A DNA stretch of 41,670 bases from Octopus bimaculoides (taxonomy: Eukaryota), in NCBI RefSeq assembly GCF_001194135.2, contig NC_068998.1, forward strand, positions 30,637,563 through 30,679,232. Reading direction: 5' to 3'. Shown here in pieces: positions 24,653-36,385 of the stretch (position 1 is the first letter of the stretch; the number at the start of each line of letters is the position of its first letter). The position numbers were made by a program, and so were the translations under genes. Below the pieces are notes generated by a model, which saw nothing but the letters and a program-made list of their open reading frames with translations, was not told where the DNA came from and ran no database searches.

Positions 24653-25860
24653 TTAGATTGTTCAGAAAATAATGGCCAATTTTAAAAATAAGCCTATATT
24701 CTTGAAAAACTGAACTTATACAAAGGTTTACTTATTCAAAATATGATTCCTGAACAGCTATGCATTTCTCTCATTGATTAACAAGGTCATTTATGCCTCT
24801 TTGATAAAACTCAAAAAGGTTTTAATGCCAAGAAATCCTTGAATTCAGTTTCGACCTTGGTTTTGAAATGGAAGGTTTTTTTTTGCCTTAAAAGAGTGTC
24901 TAGATGCTTTAAAAAGTGGTAGTCAGTGGGTGAAAGATCAGAAGAATATGAAGGAAGTGGTAAAGTCTCACATCCTAAGTCTGTGAGCTTCTGCAGTGTC
25001 ATCTTGGAAATGTGTGGTTGAGCGTTGTTGTGGAGCAGAATTGGACCACGTCGATTAACAAGTACAGGTCTCATTTTGCTCAAGTGAACATGTATTTCTT
25101 CCAGTTGCTTACAGTAAATTCTCAATGTCATGCTCTGGTTAGGGTTCAGAAAGCTGTAATGCAGTCGCCATAATCTTCTGCTGATGCAACTTCGGTTTCA
25201 GGAAATGTTTGGGTGCTTCATCACAATCAAGCCATTAACTCAATTGCTTATGATTGTCATAAAGGATCCACTTGTCGTCACAAGTCACTATTCAATTAAG
25301 AAATGGGTCATTAGAGTTTTGCAGAGAGAGCATCAAACACACTTCAAAATTCCAAAGTCTTTGATTTTCATTGAGGTTATGCGGGACCCATTTATTGAGT
25401 TTTTTTCACTTTGCTGATTTTCTTCAGGTGATCTGATACTGTTGAAACTCCGACACCAAGCATATGAAACATTTCTCTGACACTGTGTCGTGAATTTTGT
25501 TTAACTATTGTTTCCAAATACTGATCATCAAGGATGGATGGATGTCCTCTACCTTCTTGATCTTCAAGGCTCTCATCCCCACTATGGAATCTCTCAAACA
25601 ACTGTCATACTGTCTGGTGACTAGTGGACCCTTCACACCATGCTCTGTTGATAATGGCTGCTGTTTGGGAAGCATTATGTCCAAGCTTGAATTCATGCAA
25701 AAAAAAAATGCATTTCTTCTTTTTCATGTTTGAAATTAAGGATTTCTATGCTTCAAAATTACGCTCTGGAAGAAATCAATAAAAATTTATTAAAGAGACG
25801 CATACAATTTCTCTCTCCCATCACTTCTATAGACCTGTTGTACACTCAATCCTCATTGCT
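24653..25860 (-). mobile_element. Decayed mariner (Mos1/Hsmar-like) transposon
   Basis: HEFKLGHNASQTA, FERFHSGDESLEDQEGRGHP, ILLHNNAQPH, LPSYSSDLSPTDYHFLKHL; one TIR TA|TTAGATTGTTCAGAAAATAATG at 24653, the other not found. Confidence 0.85.
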
Positions 25861-25864
25861 TAGT

Positions 25865-25900
<36 letters not shown>

Positions 25901-25920
25901 GCAACGACAACAACAACAAC

Positions 25921-26956
25921 AACAAGATCACTCAGAGAACACAAACCTTCGCCAATGCAACACCAACGTCCTCTCAATGATTAAACGGAGATTATTTTTA
26001 GAATGAGAATATCTGAAATAAAATCCTTCAATGAATATGATGAGACCTTTCGGTCTTCTCTTCTCTTAAATTCCAGTCTTCCTTTAGTAATCCTATTGTT
26101 TTAGATTGAGGTATAATATTATATAATATACTAGCAGAGGCACCCGGCGTTGCNNNNNNNNNNNNNNNNNNNNNNNNNNNNNNNNNNNNNNNNNNNNNNN
26201 NNNNNNNNNNNNNNNNNNNNNNNNNNNNNNNNNNNNNNNNNNNNNNNNNNNNNNNNNNNNNNNNNNNNNNNNNNNNNNNNNNNNNNNNNNNNNNNNNNNN
26301 NNNNNNNNNNNNNNNNNNNNNNNNNNNNNNNNNNNNNNNNNNNNNNNNNNNNNNNNNNNNNNNNNNNNNNNNNNNNNNNNNNNNNNNNNNNNNNNNNNNN
26401 NNNNNNNNNNNNNNNNNNNNNNNNNNNNNNGAGAGAGAGAGAGGTCATGTATACGTACATGCATAAATATGCATAGATCTTTGTGTGTGAGTGTGTGTGT
26501 TTGTGCGTGTGTATGAAAGAGAGAGAGAGAGAGAGTAAATCTACATGCAGGCTACGTCAATACCAGAAGTTGACATTGAGGAACCTTTTTAAAGAAGTGA
26601 ATCATAAATATAAAGCAATATTATTTATTTTTAATAAAAAAAAAATCAAATTAAGAGCCTAACATTTATCCGAGGTCAAATTATTCATGCATCACAAGTA
26701 TGGAAGTAAATGGTGAAGCCGTTTTCAGGTGATAAGCGAATACACACACATCTCTATTTTATATATTAGAGATGTAAGTATACTGTAAAGTGTTTAAAAT
26801 GTTTGAATAATTTCCTAATATAATAATGAGCATTGTCTTTTTATATATTTGTGTAAAACCACCTTTCTTTCCTTCCCTGAGCATCTGCTAATACTTTGCA
26901 TGTACCATGTTCGCGCATTGATGTATTTTTCTTGTGTTTGTTCTTCAATTTTGGGG

Positions 26957-26991
<35 letters not shown>

Positions 26992-27471
26992 CAGAACCAA
27001 AGTGAGAGGTGAAGGTAGAGGCAATAAATGGCAAAGAGAGCATCATATAAATGAGAAAGGAAGGAGTGATAGATGAATAATGAAAGAAGGAGTGAAAAAA
27101 CAGATAAATGGTGAAGTGTGAGTATATGTGCGTGTAAAAGAAAGGTATGTTTGCATGCGTGTGTGTGTGTGTGTACAATGGAAATGGGATAGTAATGTTC
27201 AACACTGAAAATGTCTGAGTATATGTGTGTACAAGAGAACTATGTGAAACTTTACGTATACATGTAAAGAAAATATAAAAAATAATTAAGAATCCTTGTC
27301 TGGTACTGGATCGATCCCAAAATCTAATCAGTTCGTGCCAGTCACAAGGCCAAACATTCCTGAAAGTTTCATCCAAATCCATCAAGCAGTTCCTGAGATA
27401 TCCTGTCCATGGACAAACAAACAAACATGACTGAAAACAATACTTCTGCTTTCACTAAGGCGGAGGTAATA
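25921..27471 (+). mobile_element. Probable non-autonomous Helentron-type (HINE/DINE-like) element containing nested inserts
   Basis: 5' AACAAGATCACTCAGAGAACACAAACCTTCGCC; 3' (ACAA)n followed by decayed palindrome ACTTCTGCTTTCACTAAGGCGGAGGT; flanked by (TAA)n on both sides. Joining the two ends into one element is inference. Confidence 0.45.
26131..26772 (-). mobile_element. Non-autonomous Helitron
   Basis: Minus strand begins A|TCTCTAATATATAAAA and ends GCAACGCCGGGTGCCTCTGCTAG|T: canonical 5'-TC, 3'-CTAG, A|T insertion site, and one arm of a GC-rich subterminal hairpin (other arm falls in the gap). Confidence 0.75.
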
Positions 27472-27929
27472 ATAATAATTGTTAAATATTAAAATTTATC
27501 TAGTTAGTAGATAATAATTAAAATTGTAAGCAACATGGGGAAAATATTGTAATTCTCTGCNNNNNNNNNNNNNNNNNNNNNNNNNNNNNNNNNNNNNNNN
27601 NNNNNNNNNNNNNNNNNNNNNNNNNNAATCTAAATGTCCATGACTGGCTTCCCTAGCTACTCGTACTCCTGTTCTGAGAGTAGAGATCCCCGCTTCTTTG
27701 TACTCATGTACCTGTGTGCATGTGCCTGTTAGAGTACCATATACATGTAAGTATGCGCCTATGTGAACTCCTTATATACACAGACATGCAGGAAGTAAAT
27801 AGACACCTTTAATTTTCAAAATTTCTGATCTAAGTGTCTTAATGTGTTTTCAGCAGTGTAGAATTGACAATATAATTATTCTTTTTCATTCCAGATGCCA
27901 TTATATTAAACATTTGCGAAAAGTAACTA

Positions 27930-28360
27930 TGCCACGCACAAAATATTCAGCAAAACTGTCAGATTTTCAAAGAAGTTGTATTGTTGGGCAATCTGAGGCT
28001 GGTCTTAGCCAGTAAAAAATTGCCGAAAATCATTAAATTCCTCTTGTCACTATTAATAGAGTTATAGTGCAAAGAAAAGAATCAATAGATTCTCATCTTG
28101 GCTGGACCCTTGGAAAGGAAGCTTCGCTGTTTGAAGAGAATTGTGGAAAACGAACCCCGTTCGAAGGCTTCTGACATTGTAAAACAGCTAGAAGTTAGTC
28201 CAAGAACGTGTTACATATCTGCATAAGTTTGGGTATTGTGGATGAGCAGCTAGAACAAAACCTCTCCTTCAACCAATTAATATCATGAAAAGAAAGAAAT
28301 GAGCTAAGATGTCAGAAAAATCCAGTTCATTTTGGGATAGAGTGATTTTCTCAGATGAAC
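27930..28360 (+). mobile_element. Tc1-family transposase 5' fragment
   Basis: MPRTKYSAKLSDFQRSCIVGQSEAGLSQ...; ends at FWDRVIFSDE (first catalytic Asp). Confidence 0.75.
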
Positions 28361-29782
28361 AGAAGGACCAATTCTACTGCAGACTACCCCAATGGCAAGG
28401 TAGTCCTGCAGACTACCTGAATGACAAATGACAGAGACTTTGTTATTGTGGTTGGTGATTTTAATGGACATGTTCAGCAGTATTCCCATGGATTCCATGG
28501 GGTGTTTGGTGGTTATGGTTCTGGCCCCAGGAATGAGGAGGGAACAAGGCTACTAGAGCTCTGTGATGCAGAGGATCTCATGGTTAGGAACAATAACTTC
28601 AGAAAACCAGCCAGCCACCTAATCACTTATCAGTCTGGTGGGCACACAAGCCGGATTGATGACCTCCTGACCAAGGCAATGGGATAGGCAGATAGATGCT
28701 CACAAATGCAAAGTATTTCCCAGGTGAAGAGTGTGTACACCCCAACATAGGCTATTAGTTAGTGACTTCGGAATTAGGGCTAGAAAGACTTGGAAAAATA
28801 AACTATACTGGAAAAGGAGATTATGGAAGCTCAAACACCCAGCTAATCAATAGAAATTGAGAGATATTCTACTGGAAGCCTATGATGATAGAGATGAGGA
28901 AATAGGGACATATAGCTTAGAGGGCAATTGGAAGTTCCTGCAGGACAATTTGCTGAGGGCTGCAGATCAAATTTGTGACTGGTGCAAAGCCCCAGCTAGA
29001 CCACAGGTGACATAGTAGTGGAACAAAGAGTGGACAGCACTACAAAAGCAAAAAGATGAATCTGGAAAAACAGAGGAAGCAGAGAATTATATCAGGTAGC
29101 CAGAAGGGAAGTGAGGCAACAGGTTTACATAGCAAAAGGAATAGCCAAAGGTAAGAGGTTTGCCATTGTTCTAGACGGTTAGGATCAAAGGCGTAAGGTA
29201 TTCAGGATTGCAAAGCAGGTATCAGAGAGAATAGAGATGTGATAGGTGAGAAATGTGCCCGAATGGATAATGATATGCTTGCACTTAGTGACTCAGAGAA
29301 GAAAGATGCATGGAAGTGCCACTATGAAAGGTTACTAAATGTGGATAATGAATGGGAGGAGAATCTTTCAAGTATCAAACCAATTGAGGGACCAGCCATC
29401 AGAGTTGACAGCAACATAATAAAGCAATTAAGGATATCAAAGCAGGGAAAGCCCCTGGGCCATCAAGAATCGCTGTTGACATGATTAAAATCTCCGGTGG
29501 TGTAGGATACAGCATAGTCACCCATATAATTAGTTAATCAGGTTATTCAGGAAGGTGCCATCCCCAATGACTGGTGCAGTAGTATCATCGTTAGCTGCTA
29601 CATGGATAAAGGTGATGCCTTAGATAGAAACAACTGTTAGATGAAGTCATGAAAGTTACTGTGAGGGGCATAGCTCAATTGATTAGGAATAGAATAGACC
29701 TAGATGAGATGGAGTTTGGTTTTGTACCTGGGAAGAGTACCACAGATGCCATCTTCCTCATGAAACAGCTGCAGGAAAAGTA
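28353..29782 (+). mobile_element. 5'-truncated RTE LINE, left part (interrupted by mariner)
   Basis: VIVVGDFNGHV, RNEEGTRLLELCDAEDLMVRNNNFRKPASHLITYQSGGH, DAWKCHYERLLNV, FGFVPGKSTTDAIF..QLQEK; paralogous to 4990-7710. Confidence 0.85.
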
Positions 29783-31026
29783 CTGGGTCATCCCATGAAT
29801 AATGCAGTTTTTTCAATTGCACGATCTAAAAGTTGGAGGGGGACAGGATAAATTACCTGCATCAACTTGCTACAAAAGCAGGTATTAATTTTACTTTGTC
29901 CTTATTCTCAGTACAAGTTTTGAAGAGTGCAGTTCAATTTTAACAGTTATTTTTTCAAAGCTATAATGGAAGTGACAAAAGAGCATATTCAGTATATTTT
30001 GTTTTGAGCTCAATAAAGGCAACAATGCAATAGAAAGTGTGAGGAATATTAATGCGGTATATGGGGATCAGAAAATAAGTGTAAGCCAGTATCAACGGTA
30101 GTTCCAGAAATTCTGAACCAGAAATTACAGCCTAGAAGACAAGCCTCATCCTGAAAAATTTGTAGAGCTCGATGACGATGTCCTGCAAACTCTGGTGGAA
30201 CAAAATCCCATCATAACTGTTGAGGAACTTAGCAGAGGAGCTTGGATTTGGTCATTCAACCATTCATCGACACCTGCATGCCATTGGAAAAGTCAGCAAA
30301 TTGGGTCAATGGGTACCTCACAAACTTTCCAAGTCTAATCGCATGCAGAGAGTGAATGTGTGTTCTTCTTTGCTGTCACATCTCATGAATGAACCTTTAA
30401 TGGACCAAATAGTGACTGGGGATGAGAAATAGGTTCTCTATAAAAATGTCAGGTGCTGAGACAGTAGGTAGGGAAAGGAGAAACACCGGCACACCAGGCT
30501 AAAGAAGGTTTTCACCTACGTAAGGCGTTGTTATCTGTTTCATGGGATATGAAAGGTTTACTCCACTTTGAACTTTTAAACCCAAACCAAATGATAACAA
30601 AGGAGATCTACTGCGAGCAGCTTAAGTCAGCACTTGAACAAAAACAACTATCTTTGCTTTCAAGACAAAAGCCACATACAGTGAAGATGGCATTCCAAAG
30701 GCTGGAGCAGTTTGAATGGGAAATGATGCCCCACCCACCATATTCACCGAATATCTGATTATCATTTATTTTGCAGTCTTCAAAATCATTTGGATGGAAA
30801 AAATATGAACTCTGTAGACAAGGTCGGAAGAATAACTGGAGGAGTATTTTTCATCACAGACAAGTGAATTTTGGAAGAGGGACCTTGCAAGGCTACCAGA
30901 TAGATTGAAGAACATTGTGGAAAATGAAGGACAGTATATTTTAGATTAAAAAAGAACTTTGCTTATCTTAATTTTGAAAAATAAAAGAAGTATAAAAAAA
31001 ACCACATTATTTACGGGATGACCTAA
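29783..31026 (+). mobile_element. Full-length-sized (1244 bp) decayed mariner transposon with TIRs and TA TSD
   Basis: TA|CTGGGTCATCCCATGAATAATG ... CATTATTTACGGGATGACCTAA|TA; GQWVPHKLS, IVTGDEK, MPHPPYSPNI motifs; several stops. Confidence 0.92.
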
Positions 31027-31340
31027 TATTTGACCAAAAGTAAGCCATTATACTTAGCAGAGTTATCTGGTGGGACTTAGATTCTTTTAAATGCCCAGGA
31101 AGCTCTCTTGAGGTTGTAGATAGTTTCTGTTACCTAGGTGACCAAATTAGCAATGGTGGAGGATGCTCCGAAAGCATTGTTTCTAGAATAAGAATAGGAT
31201 GTTCAGTGAGCTATTACCTCTGTCGGCAACAAAAGGACTCTTTGTCAGAGTGAAAGGTAGGCTGTATGATGCTTGTGTGTAAATGGCTATACGCCATGGT
31301 AGTGAGACATGGGTTCTGAATACAGAAGACATGTGTAGAC
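31027..31340 (+). mobile_element. RTE LINE, right part (resumes after mariner; internally deleted)
   Basis: Removing the mariner restores QEK-Y-LTKSKPLYL; followed by LEVVDSFCYLGDQISNGGGCSESIVSRIRIG and GRLYDACV. Confidence 0.8.
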
Positions 31341-31439
31341 TAGAGAGAACTGAGTTCTAGAAGCACTGTGTTCCACCCATATGCAACAAAAAAACTTTTT
31401 ACACACCCTAACAAACCAAACTACATCTCTTCTATTCCT

Positions 31440-32486
31440 CACATCTCTTTCATGCACCATAAATGTTCAATAATATTGAGATCTGGGGACTGCGGTAGCC
31501 AGATAAGATGTTCAACTTCACTAGAATGTTCCTCGTGCCATTCAGTGACAACTTTAGTTGTGTGAATTGGTGCATTATTATCCTGAAAGATTGCGTTTCC
31601 CTCCGGAAACAGTTCTGCAACCATAGGATGAATTTGATCAGATAAAATGCTTAAATAGTCTTGACTATTAATTCTGCCATGAAGGGCCAGTGGATTTCGA
31701 AGATATAGCTCCCCAGATCATTACAGATCCTCATCTATGTTTAACAGTTGGAAGAAGACAGTCTGGGTCAAATGCTTCTATTGGCTGTCTCCACATGTAT
31801 ACTCGGCTGGTGGTCGAAAATAAGGTAAAAGATGACTTGTCCGAGAAAATAACATTCTTCCACTGCTCTGGGGACCAATTCTGTAGGTTTTTACTCCACT
31901 CTAAACGCTTTGCAACATTTGTTTGAAAGTAATGCGATTTTCTGATTTCAGCCCTCCTGTGAAATCTGGCTTAGTGCAGCTTCTGGCAAATAGTTTTTGT
32001 GGAAACTGGGTTCTCGAGGTGGTCATTAAGCTCTACAGTAATTTTGGTGGCTGTATTTTTCTGATCCTTTCTAACAATTCACGTAAGAGTCAGACGGTCC
32101 CTATCTGAAAGTTTTGGTTTTCTTCCAGAGTTTTGTTTCGATGAGAAGGTTTTTCCCTCTTTCTCAAAGGTTGTCATTACTTTTGAGACAGTACTTCTTG
32201 ATATACCAAACATTTTGGATGTTTTCATTACGCTAGCGCCTGCCATACAAGCACCAAGAATTTGACCTCTTTGAAAGTCTGATAGATCTGTCATTTTAAT
32301 AAACTTTAATTACCTTTTTCTTATGATATCTGAAAATAAACAGCAATTTTAGTAAAACATATTAAGTAGCACTAATAATAAATAAAAAAAACATAAAAAT
32401 AAACAAGCTTTTGATGGTTTTTATAGATATTTCAAACTAATGATGCTATGATGCTAGGTGTTTCCATTATTTTGTCCAACCCCTTT
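31440..32486 (-). mobile_element. Tc1-family (DD34E) transposon, 3'-truncated
   Basis: MTDLSDFQRGQILGACMAGAS..., IFSDKSSF, FQDNNAPIH, WLPQSPDLNIIEHLW; terminal repeat GGGGTTGGACAAAATAATGGAAACACC at the 5' end. Confidence 0.88.
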
Positions 32487-32829
32487 ATATTGTGACCTCC
32501 ATACCTCAAGGGTATGCCCTAGCACTTGCAACCATCTATCTCTCTCTTCTTTTACTTGACCATCCCATTTATATTCTGATCCCTGTCCCTTATGAGTATG
32601 CCCAGCATTTTGTCACCATCTCTCTCCTGCACTCTTGTTGTCTCTCACTCTCTCTCTCCTTCTCCTGTTTTCCCTTGGGCTGAATAACCATATATCTCTT
32701 TTACAGCAGCACACCTGTTTTTGTCCTGATTCCTCTCTCTCTCTGTGACCAGGTAACCATGTAATTCCCCTACAACAACACACCTGTTTTTGTCTCTCTG
32801 TTTCACTATAACCTTTCATCATCTGACAC

Positions 32830-33130
32830 AAGATCACCTCCTCCAGTGCCCATTCCTCTCCAAAGGATCTTTGTCTTGCAAGTTACTTGGTGACCCTGCC
32901 AGTGCTGGCGCCTTGTAAAATGCATCAAGTGGTTGGTGTTTGGAAAAGCATCCAGCTGTAAAAGCTATGCCAAAACTGATTTCATCTGTGCTTGTGCCAC
33001 GTAAAGAGCACTCAGTCCACTCTGCTGATTGGTTGGTGTTAGGTAGGGCATCCAGCTGTAAAAACTATGCTAAAACAGACACTGAAGCCTGATACAGTCT
33101 TTTGCTTAGCCAGCTCCTGTCAAACCATCA
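32830..33130 (+). mobile_element. Old RTE 3'-UTR-derived fragment
   Basis: Two decayed copies of GGTTGGTGTTAGGxAGGGCATCCAGCTGTAAAA, homologous to 20420-20460. Confidence 0.6.
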
Positions 33131-33703
33131 AAGAAGAGCACACATTCACTCTCTGCATGCGATTAGACTTGGAAAGTTTGTAAGGAAACCATTGACCCAA
33201 TTTGCTGACTTTTCCGATGGCACACAGGCATTGATGAATAGTTGAATGACCAAATCCAAGCTTCTCTGCTAAGTTCCTCAACAGTTATGATGGGATTTTG
33301 TTCCACCAGGGTTTGCAGGACATCCTCATCAAGCCATATAGATCTTCCAGGACAAGGCTCATCTTCTAAGCTGTAGTTTCCAGCTCAGAATTTCTGGAAC
33401 CACAGTTGACATTGGCTTACATTTATTGTCCAATCCCAATATACTGCATTAATATTCCTTCCACATTCCATTGCGCTGTTGCCTTTATTGAACTCATAAA
33501 GCAAAGTATGCCGAATATGCTCCTTTGTCACTTCTATTATAGCTTTGAAAAAATAACTGTTAAAATCGAACTGCACTCTTCAGAACTTGTACTAAGAATA
33601 AGGACAAGGTAAAATTACTACCTGCTTTTATAGCAAGTTGATGCAACTCCAACTTTTAGTCCATGCAATTGAGAAAAACCGCATTATTTATGGGGTGACC
33701 CAA
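33131..33703 (-). mobile_element. 5' half of a mariner of the same family as 29783-31026, inverted
   Basis: TIR TTGGGTCACCCCATAAATAATGCGG; EVTKEHIRHTLLYEFNKGNSA; colinear with 29783-30370 up to the RMQRVNVCSS region. Confidence 0.88.
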
Positions 33704-33719
33704 TGGTTTGGTTCCTTGG

Positions 33720-34000
33720 GGTAGGGTGTGGAAAAAGTTTATTGTTATATGTGGATGGAACCCACAATGCTTCTAGAATACAGTTTCATTGAAGTGGGCA
33801 GGTTTTCTCAAGAACCTCATATCAACAGACATCTTAGTCCATTGTCATCTCCTTTGTGAGGCCCAACATCCTGAGATCGGTCTTCACTATTTCATCCCAT
33901 GTCTTTCTGGGTCTCCCTCTTCCACAGGTGCCATCCACTCTCAGTGATCAGCACTTCTTTATACAGCTGTTTTCATTCATATGCATTACATGTCCAAACC
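33720..34000 (-). mobile_element. RTE LINE C-terminal fragment
   Basis: Minus strand WFGHVMHMNENSCIKKC...VDGTCGRGRPRKTWDEIVKTDLRMLGLTK. Confidence 0.75.
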
Positions 34001-34450
34001 AACAGTCTTTATCTCTCTCTGACTCTTCTTAACCATCTCATTTATATTCTGATCCCTGTTCCTTGTGAGCATGCTCTGGCACTTCACCATCATCTCTCTC
34101 CTACTCTCTTGTTCTCTTCCACTCTCTCCCTCTTCTTCTGGCTGGTTAACCATGCATCTTCTCTACAGCAAAACACCCATTCCTGGCCTCAATCTTGATC
34201 ACTCCTTCTCCCTATCACTCTCTCTCTCTCTCTCTCACCGAGTAACCAGGTATCCCCCTATAAAATATATTAAACACTTTTATAGGTCAATACCATGTTC
34301 TATAGTGTTAGCAGTGCACTTTGCATCACTTGTTAAGGTTATCTCTACAGAGATTCTATATAAATTATAGCCAGCACTGATTTTTGCTATGTTTCATATC
34401 TGAAACATCAGATGTAAACAAACAATGAAATTGAAGATGAAAAATAGATA

Positions 34451-34502
34451 ATGGGTGTATATGCCATATTTAGGGAATGTGTGCCCCTTCATCAGTACCC
34501 AT
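34451..34502 (-). ncRNA. Degenerate minimal type-I hammerhead ribozyme motif (copy 1)
   Basis: ATGGGTA-CTGATGA-A-GGGG-CACACAT-TCCC-TAAA-TATG-G-CATA-TA-CACCCAT: intact CUGAUGA, stem II, near-palindromic stem III, AUA cleavage triplet, 6/7-bp stem I; GAAA is mutated to TAAA. Confidence 0.7.
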
Positions 34503-34938
34503 CTAACCCCTTAATCATCCATGAACACATTGCTTAAATAGAGACTAAATACAGCTGTGTAATGTTATTGGATATACCATAAAATTGGTACATCCACTAA
34601 TGATCTTTGATCTCATTGTTTGTTTACATCTGATATCTTGGATATGAAACGTAACAAAAATCAGTGCTAGCTATAATTTATATAGAATTTCTGTAGAGAT
34701 AACCTTGACAAGTGATGTAAAGTGCACTGCTAACACAGGAGAACATGGTATTGACTTATAAAAATGCTTAATATACTTTATAGTATATTATGGTTGCCTA
34801 ATGAAATACTACATCCCTACAAGTAATTTATATTTATGTGCCAGCTTCCAGGAATGTGTTTAATATGTAAAATTGGTATATCCAATAACATTACACCACT
34901 GTATTTTGTGGTTATTTAAGCAATGTGTTCGTGGTTAG

Positions 34939-34990
34939 ATCAGCGCTGATGAAGGGGAAAAAACTCCCAAAATATGGCATATACACCCAT
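34939..34990 (+). ncRNA. Degenerate minimal type-I hammerhead ribozyme motif (copy 2)
   Basis: ATCAGCG-CTGATGA-A-GGGG-AAAAAA-CTCCC-AAAA-TATG-G-CATA-TA-CACCCAT; GAAA is mutated to AAAA (CpG-type change) and stem I is partly decayed. Confidence 0.65.
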
Positions 34991-35103
34991 TACCCTTTTT
35001 TCATCATTTGTTTACATTTGACGTCTTGGATATGAAACATCATAACAAAAAGCAGTGCTGGCTATAATTTCTATAGAATAACTGTAGAGATAACCTTAAC
35101 AAG

Positions 35104-35415
35104 CAAGTTACTCAGTGATCCTGCCAGTGCTAGTGCCACATAAAAAACATCCAGTCCATACTGTAAAGTGGTTGGTGTTTGGAAGGGCATCCAACTGTAA
35201 AATAAACCATGCCAAGACTGACTTCACCGGTGCTGGTGCCACATAAAAAGCATTCAGTTCACTCTGCAGAGTGGTCAGTGTTAGGAAGGACATCCAGCCA
35301 TAAAAACTATGCCAAAACAGACACTGAAGCATGGTGCAGTCTTCTTCCTAGCCAGCTACTATCAAACCATCCAACACATGCCAGCATAGAAAATGGACGT
35401 TAAATTATGATGATG
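35104..35415 (+). mobile_element. Old RTE 3'-UTR fragment with (GAT)n tail
   Basis: Homologous to 20230-20572; ends CATAGAAAATGGACGTTAAATTATGATGATG. Confidence 0.75.
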
Positions 35416-36350
35416 TACAAAATGCTCATCATTCTAGACCATGTGTTGAGGTTTAAAAGGAAGCACAGTTAAACCAGGTATAACACAAATCTTGTGAAAC
35501 AATAAAACATTAACAATAATAATAATTATAATAATAATAATTATAATAATAATAGTAACTAGTGTAACCTGTAGAAATTTCATATTTGAAGACATGTTAA
35601 TATATTAAACACAAGCAAAGAATTTCAAAAGTTTGTTTTGAAATCCAGCCATTTACTTAAAATTGTACTTTTAAATGTTATGAAAATAAACTTAAAAGGT
35701 ATTACTTATTTACCTTTTAACATGTTTGACAGATATGATGTGCATTACAGTTTAAGGAAATAAAAAATGAATTAAAAAGATACAACTTATTTACACACAT
35801 ATAAACACATATGAACTACACGTTTTGCTGTCCAACCACAACCAAAACTTAGACCAAGTTATTTATCAATTGATGATTATTTGCATTTCTTCTCATTTCA
35901 TTTCAGCAACATACCTGTTTCTATATCTATTAATATATCTTTTAATCTGAATATCTATTGATATATCTATAGACTCACCTACAAGTGTGTGTTTCTGTCT
36001 CTATCTATCTAAATATCTAGCTAGACAGCTAGCTAATAACTATCATATCTATTTTCCCTTCTGCTAATGTATGTATCTGCCTATTCTTATAATACCAATA
36101 AGTATTTAAGCCTAAAAAAACAAAAACAAAAAAAGAATTAATAACGGCAGTGTCCCAGCATAGCCACAGCCTTTGGTCAGGAACAAAGATAAAGGTACGG
36201 CTATTTGCTAATGCTATTTCCCTTTAATTTAACTAGTGATCGTTATATTTTTTAAAGCGTAAATTTGTAGATCATGACATTGTTTCCTTATGTTAAACAT
36301 TTCGACTGCGCTTGTAATTTGAACACACAAATACAGAATAATATAGAGTG

Positions 36351-36385
<35 letters not shown>

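Larger units (their letters stand above)
34258..35103. mobile_element. Fold-back repeat, probably Penelope-like-element terminal-repeat (pLTR) remnants in inverted arrangement
   Basis: 171-bp arms 34258-34428 / 34613-34783 are about 90% reverse-complementary (roughly 17 mismatches by eye); 34873-35103 is an inverted copy of about 34330-34580; both units carry a hammerhead-like motif. Confidence 0.6.
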
